Part shown: in pieces, positions 38,701-53,700 of the stretch
Layout: each line of letters starts with the position of its first letter
Position numbering within the stretch: the first letter of the stretch is position 1
Position numbers and translations under genes: made by a program
Notes under the pieces: model-generated
Databases searched by the model: none
What the model was told of the DNA's origin: nothing
What the model saw: only the letters and a program-made list of their open reading frames with translations
Assembly: GCA_964016885.1 (NCBI GenBank)
Contig: OZ024756.1
Coordinates: forward strand, 8,370,001-8,434,000
Length of the DNA: 64,000 nt
Reading direction: 5' to 3'
Source of the DNA: Eledone cirrhosa
Taxonomy: Eukaryota

Positions 38701-41700
38701 TACCTCACCTGTCCTTACTAATGATGCTATAACACCTCACCTGTCTTTACTGATGGTACCATAACACCTCACGTGTCCTTACTAATGGTGCATTAACAAC
38801 TCACCTGTCCTTACTGATGATGCCAGAACAACTCACCTATCCTTACTGATGATGCAATAACACCACACCTGTCCTTACTGACGATGCCATACACCACACC
38901 TGTCCTTACTGATGGTACCATAACACCTCACCTGTCCTTACTGATGGTGCCATAACACCTCACCTGTCCTTACTAATGGTGCATTAACAACTCACCTGTC
39001 CTTACTGATGATGCCAGAACAACTCACCTATCCTTACTGATGATGCAATAACACCACACCTGTCCTTACTGACGATGCCATACACCACACCTGTCCTTAC
39101 TGATGGTACCATAACACCTCACCTGTCCTTACTGATGGTGCCATAACACCTCACCTGCCCTTAATAATGATGCCATAACACCTCACCTGTCCTTACTAAT
39201 GGTGCATTAACAACTCACCTGTCCTTACTGATAATGTAATAACACCACCTTTCCTTACTGATGGTGCCATAACACCTCACCTGTGCTTACTGATGGTACC
39301 ATAACACCTCACCTGTCCTTACTGATGATGACATAACAGCACACCTGTCCTTACTGATGGTGCAATAACAACTCACCTGTCCTTACTAATGGTGTCATAA
39401 CACATTACCTCTCCTTACTGATGGTGCCATTACACCTCACCTGTGCTTACTAATGGTGCCATAACACCTCACCTGTCCTTAATAACGATGCCATAACAAC
39501 TCACCTGTCCTTACTGATGGTACTATAACACCTCACCTGTCCTTACTAATGGTGCCATAACACCTCACCTGTCCTTATTGATGGTACCATAACACCTCAC
39601 CTGTCCTTACTGATGGTGCCATAACACCTCACCTGTCCTTACTGATGCTGCCATAACACCTCACCTCTCCTTGCTGATGGTGTCATAACACATTACCTCT
39701 ACTTACTGATGGTGCCATAACACCTCACCTGTCCTTACTGATGCTGCCATAACACCTCACCTCTCCTTGCTGATGGTGTCATAACACATTACCTCTACTT
39801 ACTAATGGTGCCATAACACCACACCTGTCCTTACTGATGGTGCCATAACACCTCACCTGTCCTTACTAATGGTGCCATAAAAGCTCACCTTTCCTTACTG
39901 ATGGAACCACAACACCTCACCTGTCCTTACTGATGGTACATTAACAACTCACCTGTCCTTACTGATGATGCCATAACACCTCACCTGTCCTTACTGATGG
40001 TGCCATAACACCTCACCTGTCCTTACAAATGGTGCCATAACACCTCACCTGTCCTTACTGATGGTGCCATAACACCTCACCTGTCCTTACTGATGGTCCC
40101 ATAACACCTCACCTGTCTTTGCTGATGGTGCCATGACACCTCACCTGTCCTTACTGATGGTGCCATAACAACTCAGCTGTCCTTACTGATGGTACCATGA
40201 CACCTCACCTGTCCTTACTAATGGTGCCATAACAACTCACCTGTCCTTACTAATGGTGCATTAACAACTCACCTGTCCTTACTGATGATGCAATAACAAC
40301 TCACCTGTCCTTACTGATGATGCCAGAACAACTCACCTGTCCTTACTGATGATGCCATAACACCACACCTGTCATTACTGGTGGTGGAATAACAACTCAC
40401 CTGTCCTTACAGATGATGCCATAACACCACACCTCTCCTTACTGATGGTACCATAACACCTCACCTGTCCTTACTGATGGTGCCATAACACCTCACCTGT
40501 CCTTACTAATGATGCCATAACAACTCACCTGTCCTTACTGATGGTACCATAAAACCTCACCTGTCCTGACTAATGGTGCATTAACAACTCACCTGTCCTT
40601 ACTGATGATGCAATAACAACTCACCTGTCCTTACTGATGGTGCCATAACACCTCACCTGTCGTTACTAATGGTGCATTAACAACTTACATGTGTTTACTG
40701 ATTGCGCCATAACACCTTACCTGTCCTTACTGATTCTGCTATAAAAACTCACCTGTCCTTACTGATAGTACCATAATACCTCACCTGTCCTTACTAATGA
40801 TGCTATAACACCTCACCTGTCTTTACTGATGGTACCATAACACCTCACGTGTCCTTACTAATGGTGCATTAACAACTCACCTGTCCTTACTGATGATGCC
40901 AGAACAACTCACCTATCCTTACTGATGATGCCATAACACCACACCTGTCCTTACTGACGATGCCATACAACACACCTGTCCTTACTGATGGTACCATAAC
41001 ACCTCACCTGTCCTTACTGATGGTGCCATAACACCACACCTGCCCTTAATAATGATGCCATAACACCTCACCTGTCCTTACTAATGGTGCATTAACAACT
41101 CACCTGTCCTTACTGATAATGCAATAACACCACCTTTCCTTACTGATGGTGCCATAACACCTCACCTGTCCTTACTGATGGTGCCATAACACCTCACCTG
41201 TCCTTACTGATGGTGCCATAACAACTCGCCAGTCCTTACTAATGGTGCATTAACAACTCACCTGTCCTTACTGATGATGCAATAACAACTCACCTGTCCT
41301 TACTGATGGTACCATAACACCTCACCTGTGCTTACTGATGGTACCATAACACCTCACCTGTCCTTACTGATGATGACATAACAGCACACCTGTCCTTACT
41401 GATGGTACCAAAACACCTCACCTGTCCTTGCTGATGGTGCCATAACACCTCACCTGTCCTTACTAATGGTGCATTAACAACTCACCTGTCCTTACTGATG
41501 ATGCCATAACACCTCACCTGTCCTTACTAATGGTGCCATAACACCTCACCTGTCCTTACTGATGGTGCAATAACAACTCACCTTCCTTACTAATGGTGTC
41601 ATAACACATTACCTCTCCTTACTGATGGTGCCATAACACCTCACCTGTCCTTACTAATGGTGCCATAACACCTCACCTGTCCATACTGAGGGTACCATAA

Positions 41701-44700
41701 CACCTCACCTGTCCTTACTGATCGTGCCATAACACCTCACCTGTCCTTACTGATGGGCTCATATCACCTCACCTGTCTTTGCTGATGGTGCCATGACACC
41801 TCACCTGTCCTTACTAATGGTGCCATAACACCTCACCTGTCCTTACTAATGGTGCCATAACACCTCACCTGTCCTTACTGATGGTGCCATAACAACTCAG
41901 CTGTCCTTACTGATGGTGCCATGAAACCTCACCTGTCCTTATTAATGGTGCCATAACACCTCACGTGTCCTTACTAATGGTGCATTAACAACTCACCTGT
42001 CCTTACTGATGATGCCAGAACAACTCACCTATCCTTACTGATGATGCCATAACACCACACCTGTCCTTACTGACGATGCCATAACACCTCACCTGTCCTT
42101 ACTGATGGTGCCATAACACCACACCTGCCCTTAATAATGATGCCATAACAACTCACCTGTCCTTACTGATGGTGCCATAACACCTCACCTGTCCTTACTA
42201 ATGGTGCATTAACAACTCACCTGTCCTTACTGATAATGCAATAACACCTCACCTTTCCTTACTGATGGTGCCATAACACCTCACCTGTCCTTACTGATGG
42301 TGCCATAACACCTCACCTGTCCTTACTGATGGTGCCATAACAACTCGCCAGTCCTTACTAATGGTGCATTAACAACTCACCTATCCTTACTGATGATGCA
42401 ATAACACCTCACTTGTCCTTACTATTGGTGCCATAACACCTCACCTGTCCTTACTGATGGTACCATAACACCTCACCTGTCCTTACTATTGGTGCCATAA
42501 CACCACACCTGTCCTTACTGATGGTACCATAACACCTCCCCTGTCCTTACTATTGGTGCCATAACACCTCACCTGCCCTTACTGATGGTCCCATAACACC
42601 TCACCTGTCCTTGCTGATGGTGCCATGACACCTCACCTGTCCTTACTAATGGTGCCATAATACCTCACCTGTCCTTACTGATGGTGCCATAACAACTCAC
42701 CTGTCCTTACTAATGGTGTCATAACACCTCACATGTCCTTACTATTTGTGCCATAACACCTCACCTGTCCTTACTGATGGTGCCATAACAACTAATCTGT
42801 CCTTACTGATGGTGCCATAGCACCTCACCTGTCCTTACTGATGGTGCCATAACACCTCACCTGTCCTTACTGATGGTGCCATAACACCTCACCTGTCCTT
42901 ACTGATGGTGCCATAACAACTCACCCATCCTTACTAATGGTGCCATAAGACCTCACCTGTCCTTACTGATGGTGCCATAACACCTCACCTGTCCTTACAA
43001 TTGGTGCCATAACACCTCACCTGTCCTTACTGATGATGCCATAACACCACACCTGTCCTTACTGATGGTACCATAACACCTCACCTGTCCTTACAGATGG
43101 TGCCATAACACCTCACCTCTCCTTACTGATGGTGCCATAACACCTCACCTGTCCTTACTAATGGTGCCATAATACCTCACCTGTCCTTACTGATGGTGCC
43201 ATAACACCTCACCTGTCCTTACTGATGGTGCCATAACAACTCACCCATCCTTACTATTGGTGCCATAACACCTCACCTGCCCTTACTGATGGTCCCATAA
43301 CACCTCACCTGTCCTTGCTGATGGTGCCATGACACCTCACCTGTCCTTACTAATGGTGCCATAATACCTCACCTGTCCTTACTGATGGTGCCATAACAAC
43401 TAATCTGTCCTTACTGATGGTGCCATAGCACCTCACCTGTCCTTACTGATGGTGCCATAACACCTCACCTGTCCTTACTGATGGTGCCATAACACCTCAC
43501 CTGTCCTTACAATTGGTGCCATAACACCTCACCTGTCCTTACTGATGATGCCATAACATCACACCTGTCCTTACTGATGGTACCATAACACCTCACCTGT
43601 CCTTACTGATGGTGCCATAACACCTCACCTCTCCTTACTCATGGTGCCATAACACCTCACCTGTCCTTACTGATGGTGCCATAACAACTCGCCAGTCCTT
43701 ACTAATGGTGCATTAACAACTCACCTGTCCTTACTGATGATGCAATAACAACTCACCTGTCCTTACTGATGGTACCATAACACCTCACCTGTGCTTACTG
43801 ATGGTACCATAACACCTCACCTGTCCTTACTGATGATGACATAACAGCACACCTGTCCTTGCTGATGGTGCCATAACACCTCACCTGTCCTTACTAATGG
43901 TGCATTAACAACTCACCTGTCCTTACTGATGATGCCATAACACCTCACCTGTCCTTACTAATGGTGCCATAACACCTCACCTGTCCTTTCTGAGGGAACC
44001 ATAACACCTCACCTGTCCTTACTGATCGTACCATAACACCTCACCTGTCCTTACTGATGGGCTCATATCACCTCACCTGTCTTTGCTGATGGTGCCATGA
44101 TACCTCACCTGTCCTTACTAATGGTGCCATAACATGTCACCTGTCCTTACTAATGGTGCCATAACACCTCACCTGTCCTTACTGATCGTGCCATAACACC
44201 TCACCTGTCCTTGCTGATGGGCTCATATCACCTCACCTGTCTTTGCTGATGGTGCCATGACACCTCACCTGTCCTTAATAATGGTGCCATAACACCTCAC
44301 CTGTCCTTACTAATGGTGCCATAACACCTCACCAGTCCTTACTGATGGTGCCATAACAACTCAGCTGTCCTTACTGATGGTGCCATGAAACCTCACGTGT
44401 GCTTACTAATGGTGCATTAACAACTCACCTGTCCTTACTGATGATGCCAGAACAACTCACCTATCCTTACTGATTATGCCATAACACCACACCTGTCCTT
44501 ACTGACGATGCCATAACACCACACCTGTCCTTACTGATGGTACCATAACACCTCACCTGTCCTTACTGATGGTGCCATAACACCACACCTGCCCTTAATA
44601 ATGATGCCATAACAACTCACCTGTCCTTTCTGATGGTGCCATAACACCTCACCTGTCCTTACTAATGGTGCATTAACAACTCACCTGTCCTTACTGATAA

Positions 44701-47700
44701 TGCAATAACACCTCACCTTTCCTTACTGATGGTGCCATAACACCTCACCTGTCCTTACTGATGGTGCCATAACACCTCACCTGTCCTTACTGATGGTGCC
44801 ATAACAACTCGCCAGTCCTTACTAATGGTGCATTAACAACTCACCTGTCCTTACTGATGATGCAATAACAACTCACCTGTCCTTACTGATGGTACCATAA
44901 CACCTCACCTGTGCTTACTGATGGTACCATAACACCTCACCTGTCCTTACTGATGATGACATAACAGCACACCTGTCCTTACTGATGGTACCAAAACACC
45001 TCACCTGTCCTTGCTGATGGTGTCATAACACATTACCTCTCCTTACTGATGGTGCCATAACACCTCACCTGTCCTTACTAATGGTGCCATAACACCTCAC
45101 CTGTCCTTACTGAGGGTACCATAACACCTCACCTGTCCTTACTGATCGTGCCATAACACCTCACATGTCCTTACTGATGGGCTCATATCACCTCACCTGT
45201 CTTTGCTGATGGTGCAATGACACCTCACCTGTCCTTACTAATGGTGCCATAACACCTCACCTGTCCTTACTAATGGTGCCATAACACCTCACCTGTCCTT
45301 ACTGATGGTGCCATAACAACTCAGCTGTCCTTACTGATGGTGCCATGAAACCTCACCTGTCCTTATTAATGGTGCCATAACACCTCACGTGTCCTTACTA
45401 ATGGTGCATTAACAACTCACCTGTCCTTACTGATGATGCCAGAACAACTCACCTATCCTTACTGATGATGCCATAACACCACACGTGTCCTTACTGACGA
45501 TGCCATAACACCACACCTGTCCTTACTGATGGTACCATAACACCTCACCTGTCCTTACTGATGGTGCCATAACACCACACCTGCCCTTAATAATGATGCC
45601 ATAACACCTCACCTGTCCTTACTAATGGTGCATTAACAACTCACCTGTCCTTACTGATAATGCAATAACACCTCACCTTTCCTTACTGATAGTGCCATAA
45701 CACCTCACCTGTCCTTACTGATGGTGCCATAACACCTCACCTGTCCTTACTGATGGTACCATAACACCTTACCTGTCCTTACTATTGGTGCCATAACACC
45801 TCACTTGTCCTTAATATTGGTGCCATAACACCTCACCTGTCCTTACTGATGGTACCATAACACCTCACCTGTCCTTACTATTGGTGCCATAACACCACAC
45901 CTGTCCTTACTGATGGTACCATAACACCTCACCTGTCCTTAGTATTGGTGCCATAACACCTCACCTGCCCTTACTGATGGTCCCAAAACACCTCACCTGT
46001 CCTTCCTGATGGTGCCATGACACCTCACCTGTCCTTACTAATGGTGCCATAATACCTCACCTGTCCTTACTGATGGTGCCATAACAACTCACCTGTCCTT
46101 ACTAATGGTGTCATAACACCTCACATGTCCTTACTATTTGTGCCATAACACCTCACCTGTCCTTACTGATGGTGCCATAACAACTAATCTGTCCTTACTG
46201 ATGGTGCCATAGCACCTCACCTGTCCTTACTGATGGTGCCATAACACCTCACCTGTCCTTACTGATGGTGCCATAACACCTCACCTGTCCTTACTGATGG
46301 TGCCATAACAACTCACCCATCCTTACTAATGGTGCCATAAGACCTCACCTGTCCTTACTGATGGTGCCATAACACCTCACCTGTCCTTACAATTGGTGCC
46401 ATAACACCTCACCTGTCCTTACTGATGATGCCATAACACCACACCTGTCCTTACTGATGGTACCATAACACCTCACCTGTCCTTACTGATGGTGCCATAA
46501 CACCTCACCTCTCCTTTCTGATGGTGCCATAACACCTCACCTGTCCTTACTGATGGTGCCATAACACCTCACCTGTCCTTACAATTGGTGCCATAACACC
46601 TCACCTGTCCTTACTGATGATGCCATAACACCACACCTGTCCTTACTGATGGTACCATAACACCTCACCTGTCCTTACTGATGGTGCCATAACACCTCAC
46701 CTCTCCTTTCTGATGGTGCCATAACAACTCGCCAGTCCTTACTAATGGTGCATTAACAACTCACCTGTCCTTACTGATGATGCAATAATAACTCACCTGT
46801 CCTTACTGATGGTACCATAACACCTCACCTGTGCTTACTGATGGTACCATAACACCTCACCTGTCCTTACTGATGATGACATAACAGCACACCTGTCCTT
46901 ACTGATGGTACCAAAACACCTCACCTGTCCTTGCTGATGGTGCCATAACACCTCACCTGTCCTTACTAATGGTGCATTAACAACTCACCTGTCCTTACTG
47001 ATGATGCCATAACACCTCACCTGTCCTTACTAATGGTGCCATAACACCTCACCTGTCCTTACTGATGGTGCAATAACAACTCACCTTCCTTACTAATGGT
47101 GTCATAACACATTACCTCTCCTTACTGATGGTGCCATAACACCTCACCTGTCCTTACTAATGGTGCCATAACACCTCACCTGTCCTTACTGATGGTACCA
47201 TAACACCTTACCTGTCCTTACTATTGGTGCCATAACACCTCACTTGTCCTTAATATTGGTGCCATAACACCTCACCTGTCCTTACTGATGGTACCATAAC
47301 ACCTCAACTGTCCTTACTATTGGTGCCATAACACCACACCTGTCCTTACTGATGGTACCATAACACCTCACCTGTCCTTAGTATTGGTGCCATAACACCT
47401 CACCTGCCCTTATTGATGGTCCCATAACACCTCACCTGTCCTTCCTGATGGTGCCATGACACCTCACCTGTCCTTACTAATGGTGCCATAATACCTCACC
47501 TGTCCTTACTGATGGTGCCATAACAACTCACCTGTCCTTACTAATGGTGTCATAACACCTCACATGTCCTTACTATTTGTGCCATAGCACCTCACCTGTC
47601 CTTGCTGATGGTACCATAACACCTCACCTGTGCTTACTGATGGTACCATAACACCTCACCTGTCCTTACTGATGATGACATAACAGCACACCTGTCCTTA

Positions 47701-50700
47701 CTGATGGTACCAAAACACCTCACCTGTCCTTGCTGATGGTGCCATAACACCTCACCTGTCCTTACTAATGGTGCCATAACACCTCACCTGTCCTTACTGA
47801 TGGTGCAATAACAACTCACCTTCCTTACTAATGGTGTCATAACACATTACCTCTCCTTACTGATGGTGCCATAACACCTCACCTGTCCTTACTAATGGTG
47901 CCATAACACCTCACCTGTCCTTTCTGAGGGTACCATAACACCTCACCTGTCCTTACTGATCGTGCCATAACACCTCACCTGTCCTTACTGATGGGCTCAT
48001 ATCACCTCACCTGTCTTTGCTGATGGTGCCATGACACCTCACCTGTCCTTACTAATGGTGCCATAACACCTCACCTGTCCTTACTAATGGTGCCATAACA
48101 CCTCACCTGTCCTTACTGATGGTGCCATAACAACTCAGCTGTCCTTACTGATGGTGCCATGAAACCTCACCTGTCCTTATTAATGGTGCCATAACACCTC
48201 ACGTGTCCTTACTAATGGTGCATTAACAACTCACCTGTCCTTACTGATGATGCCAGAACAACTCACCTATCCTTACTGATGATGCCATAACACCACACCT
48301 GTCCTTACTGACGATGCCATAACACCACACCTGTCCTTACTGATGGTACCATAACACCTCACCTGTCCTTACTGATGGTGCCATAACACCACACCTGCCC
48401 TTAATAATGATGCCATAACAACTCACCTGTCCTTACTGATGGTGCCATAACACCTCACCTGTCCTTACTAATGGTGCATTAACAACTCACCTGTCCTTAC
48501 TGATAATGCAATAACACCTCACCTTTCCTTACTGATGGTGCCATAACACCTCACCTGTCCTTACTAATGGTGCCATAACACCTCATCTGTCCTTACTGAT
48601 GGCGCCATAATACCTCACCTGTCATTACTGATGGCACCATAACACCTCACCTATCCTTACTATTGGTACCATAACACCTCACCTGTCCTTACTATTGGTA
48701 CCATAACACCTCACCTGTCCTTACAGATGGTGCCATAACACCTCACCTGTCCTTACTAATGGTGCCATAACACCTCACCTGTCCTTACTATAGTGCCATA
48801 ACACCTCACCTGTCCCTACTGATGGTCCCATAACACCTCACCTGTGCTTGCTGATGGTGCCATGACACCTCACCTGTCGTTACTGATGTTGCCATGACAC
48901 CTCACCTGTCCTTTTCTAATAGTGCCATAACACCTCACCTGTCGTTACTAATGGTGCATTAACAACTCACCTGTCCTAACTGATGATGCCATAACACCAC
49001 ACCTGTCCTTACTGATGGTACCATAATACGTCACCTGTCCTTACTGATGGTGCCATAACACCTCACCTGTCCTTACTGATGGTGCCATAACACGTCACCT
49101 GTCCTTACTAATTATGCCATAACAGCTCACCTGTCCTTACTGATGGTGCCATAACACCTCACCTGTCCTTACTGATGGTACCATAACACCTCACCTGTCC
49201 TTACTGATGGTGCCATAACACCTCACCTGTCCTTACTGATGGTGCCATAACACATCACCTGTCCTTACTGATGGTGCCATAACACCTCACCTGTCCTTAC
49301 TAATGGTGCCATAATACCTCACCTGTCCTTACTAATGGTGCCATAACAACTCACCCGTCCTCACTAATGGTGCCATAACACCTCACCTGTCCTTACTCTT
49401 GGGGCCATAACAACTCACCTGTCCTTACTAATGGTGCCATAATACCTCACCTGTCCTTACTAATGGTGCCATAACAACTCACCCGTCCTCACTAATGGTG
49501 CCATAACACCTCACCTGTCCTTACTCTTGGGGCCATAACAACTCACCTGTCCTTACTGAAGGTGCCATAACACTTCACCTGTCCTTACTGATGGTGCCAT
49601 AACCCTTCACCTGACATTACTATTGGTGCCATAACACCTCACCTGTCCTTCCTGATGGTACCATAACGCCTCACCTGTCCTTACTAATGTTGCCATAATA
49701 CCTCACCTGTCCTTACTGATGGTGCCATAACACCTCACCTGTGCTTACTGATGGTGCCATAACACCTCACCTGTCCTTACTGATGGTGCCATAACACCTC
49801 ACCTGTCCTTACTAATGGTGCCATAATACCTCACCTGTCCTTACTGATGGTGCCATAACAACTCACCCGTCCTTACTAATGGTGCCATAACACCTGACGT
49901 GTCCTTACTCTTGGGGCCATAACAACTCACCCGTCCTTACTGATGGTGCCATAACCCTTCACCTGACATTACTATTGGTGCCATAACACCTCACCTGTCC
50001 TTCCTGATGGTACCATAACACCTCACCTGTCCTTACTGATGGTACCATAACACCTCACCTGTCCTTACTATTGGTGCCATAACACCACACCTGTCCTTAC
50101 TGATGGTACCATAACACCTCACCTGTCCTTACTATTGGTGCCATAACACCTCACCTGCCCTTACTGATGGTCCCATAACACCTCACCTGTCCTTGCTGAT
50201 GGTGCCATGACACCTCACCTGTCCTTACTAATGGTGCCATAATACCTCACCTGTCCTTACTGATGGTGCCATAACAACTCACCTGTCCTTACTAATGGTG
50301 TCATAACACCTCACATGTCCTTACTATTTGTGCCATAATACCTCACCTGTCCTTACTGATGGTGCCATAACAACTAATCTGTCCTTACTGATGGTGCCAT
50401 AGCACCTCACCTGTCCTTACTGATGGTGCCATAACACCTCACTTGTCCTTACTGATGGTGCTATAACACCTCACCTGTCCTTACTGATGGTGCCATAACA
50501 ACTCACCCATCCTTACTAATGGTGCCATAAGACCTCACCTGTCCTTACTGATGGTGCCATAACACCTCACCTGTCCTTACAAATGGTGCCATGACACCTC
50601 ATCTGTCCTTACTGATGATGCCATAACACCACACCTGTCCTTACTGATGGTACCATAACACCTCACCTGTCCTTACTGATGGTGCCATAACACCTCACCT

Positions 50701-53700
50701 CTCCTTACTGATGGTGCCATAACACCTCACCTGTCCTTACTGATGGTGCCATAACAACTTGCCAGTCCTTACTAATGGTGCATTAACAACTCACCTGTCC
50801 TTACTGATGATGCAATAACAACTCACCTGTCCTTACTGATGGTACCATAACACCTCACCTGTCCTTACTGATGATGACATAACAGCAGACCTGTCCTTAC
50901 TGATGGTACCAAAACACCTCACCTGTCCTTGCTGATGGTGCCATAACACCTCACCTGTCCTTACTAATGGTGCATTAACAACTCACCTGTCCTTACTGAT
51001 GATGCCATAACACCTCACCTGTCCTTACTAATGGTGCCATAACACCTCACCTGTCCTTACTGATGGTGCAATAACAACTCACCTTCCTTACTAATGGTGT
51101 CATAACACATTACCTCTCCTTACAGATGGTGCCATAACACCTCACCTGTCCTTACTAGTGGTGCCATAACACCTCACCTGTCCTTTCTGAGGGTACCATA
51201 ACACCTCACCTGTCCTTACTGATCGTGCCATAACACCTCACCTGTCCTTGCTGATGGGCTCATATCACCTCACCTGTCTTTGCTGATGGTGGCATGACAC
51301 CTCACCTGTCCTTACTAATGGTGCCATAACACCTCACCTGTCCTTACTAATGGTGCCATAACACCTCACCTGTCCTTACTGATGGTACCATAACACCTCA
51401 CCTGTCCTTACTATTGGTGCCATAACACCTCACCTGTCCTTACTGATGGTACCATAACACCTCACCTGTCCTTACTATTGGTGCCATAACACCTCACCTG
51501 TCCTTACTGATGGTGCCATAACACCTCACCTGTCCTTATTGATGGTGCCATAACACCTCACCTGTCCTTACTAATGTTGCCATAATACCTCACCTGTCCT
51601 TACTGATGGTGCCATAACACCCCACCTGTCCTTACTATTGGTGCCATAACAACTCACCTGTCCTTACTGATTGTGCCATAATACCTCACCTGTCATTACT
51701 GATGATGCCATAACAACACACCTGTCCTTAATAATGGTGCCATAACACCTCAGCTGTCCTTACTATTGGTGCCATAACACCTAACCTGTCCTTACTTATT
51801 TTACCGTAACACCTCACCTGTCCTTACTATTGGTGCCATAACACCTCACCTGTCCTTACTATTGGTCCCATAACACCTCACCTGTCCTTAGTGATATTGC
51901 CATAACACCTCACCTGTCCTTACTGATGTTGCCATAACACCTCACCTGTCCTTACTGATGGTGCCATAACACCTCACCTGTCCTTACTAATGGTGCCATA
52001 ATACCTCACCTGTCCTTACTGATGGTGCCATAACAACTCACCTGTCCTTACTATTGGTGCCATAACACCTCAATTGTCCTTACTATCGGTGCCGTAACAC
52101 CTCACCTATCCTTACTAATGGTGCCATAAAACCTCACCTGTCCTTACTAATGGTGCCATAACACCTCATCTGTCCTTACTAATGGTGCCATAACACCTCA
52201 CCTGTCCTTACTGATGGTACCATAACACCTCACCTGTCCTTACTGATGGTGCCATAACACCTCACCTGTCCTTATTGATGGTGCCATAACACTTCACCTG
52301 TCCTTAGTGATGGTGCCATAACAACTCACCTGTCCTTACTAATGGTGCCATAACACTTCACCTGGCCTTACTATTGGTGCCATAACACCTCACCTGTCAT
52401 TACTGATGGTACCATAACACCTCACCTGTCCTTACAATTGGTGCCATAACACCTACCTGTCCTTACTGATTGTGTCATAATACCTCACATGTCCTTACTG
52501 ATGGTGCCATAACACTTCACCTGGCCTTACTATTGGTGCCATAACACCTCACCTATCCTTACTATTGTTACCATAACACCTCACCTGTCCTTACTAATGG
52601 TGCCATAACACCTCACCTGTCCTTACAGATGGTGCCATAACACCTCACCTGTCCTTACTAATGGTACCATAAAAGCTCACATGTCCTTACTAATGGTGCT
52701 ATAACACCTCACCTGTCCTTACTGATGTTGCCGTAACACCTCACCTGTGTTTACTAATGGTGCATTAACAACTCACCTGTCCTTACTGATTGCGCCATAA
52801 CACCTCACCAGTCCTTACTGATGGTGCCATAAAAACTCACCTGTCCTTACTAATGGTACCATAATACCTCACCTGTCCTTACTGATGGTGCCATAAAAAC
52901 TCACCTGTCCTTACTAATGGTACCATAACACATCACCTGTCCTTACTATTGGTGCCATAACACCTCACCTGTCCTTACTGATGGTACCATAACACCTCAC
53001 CTGTCCTTACTAATGGTGCCATAACACCTCACCTGTCCTTACTGATGGTGCCATAACACCTCATATGTCCTTACTGATGGTGCCATAACACCTCACCTGT
53101 CCTTACTGATGGTACCATAACACATCACCTGTCCTTACTATTGGTGCCATAACACCTCACCTGTCCTTACTATTGGTGCCATAATACTTCAGCTGTCCTT
53201 ACTGATGGTGCCATAACAACTCACCTGTCGTTATTAATGGTGCCATAACACCTCACATGTCCTTACTATTGGTGCCATAACAACTCACCTGTCGTTACTG
53301 ATGGTACCATAACACGTCACCTGTCCTTACTATTGGTGCCATAACACCTCACCTGTCCTTACTGATCGTGCCATAACACCTCACCTGTCCTTACTAATGG
53401 TACCATAAAACCTGAAAGGTCCTTACTGATGGTGCCATAAAAACTCACCTGTCCTTACTAATGGTGCCATAACACCTCACCTGTCCTTACTGATGGTGCC
53501 ATAACACCTCACCTGTCCTTACTGATGGTGCCATAACACCTCACCTGTCCTTACTGATGTTGCCATAACACCTCACCTGTCCTTACTGATGGTGCCATAA
53601 CAACTCACCTGTCCTTACTAATGGTGCCATAACACCTCACCTGTCCTTACTAATGGTGCATTAACCACTCACCTGTCCTTACTGATGATGCATTAACAAC

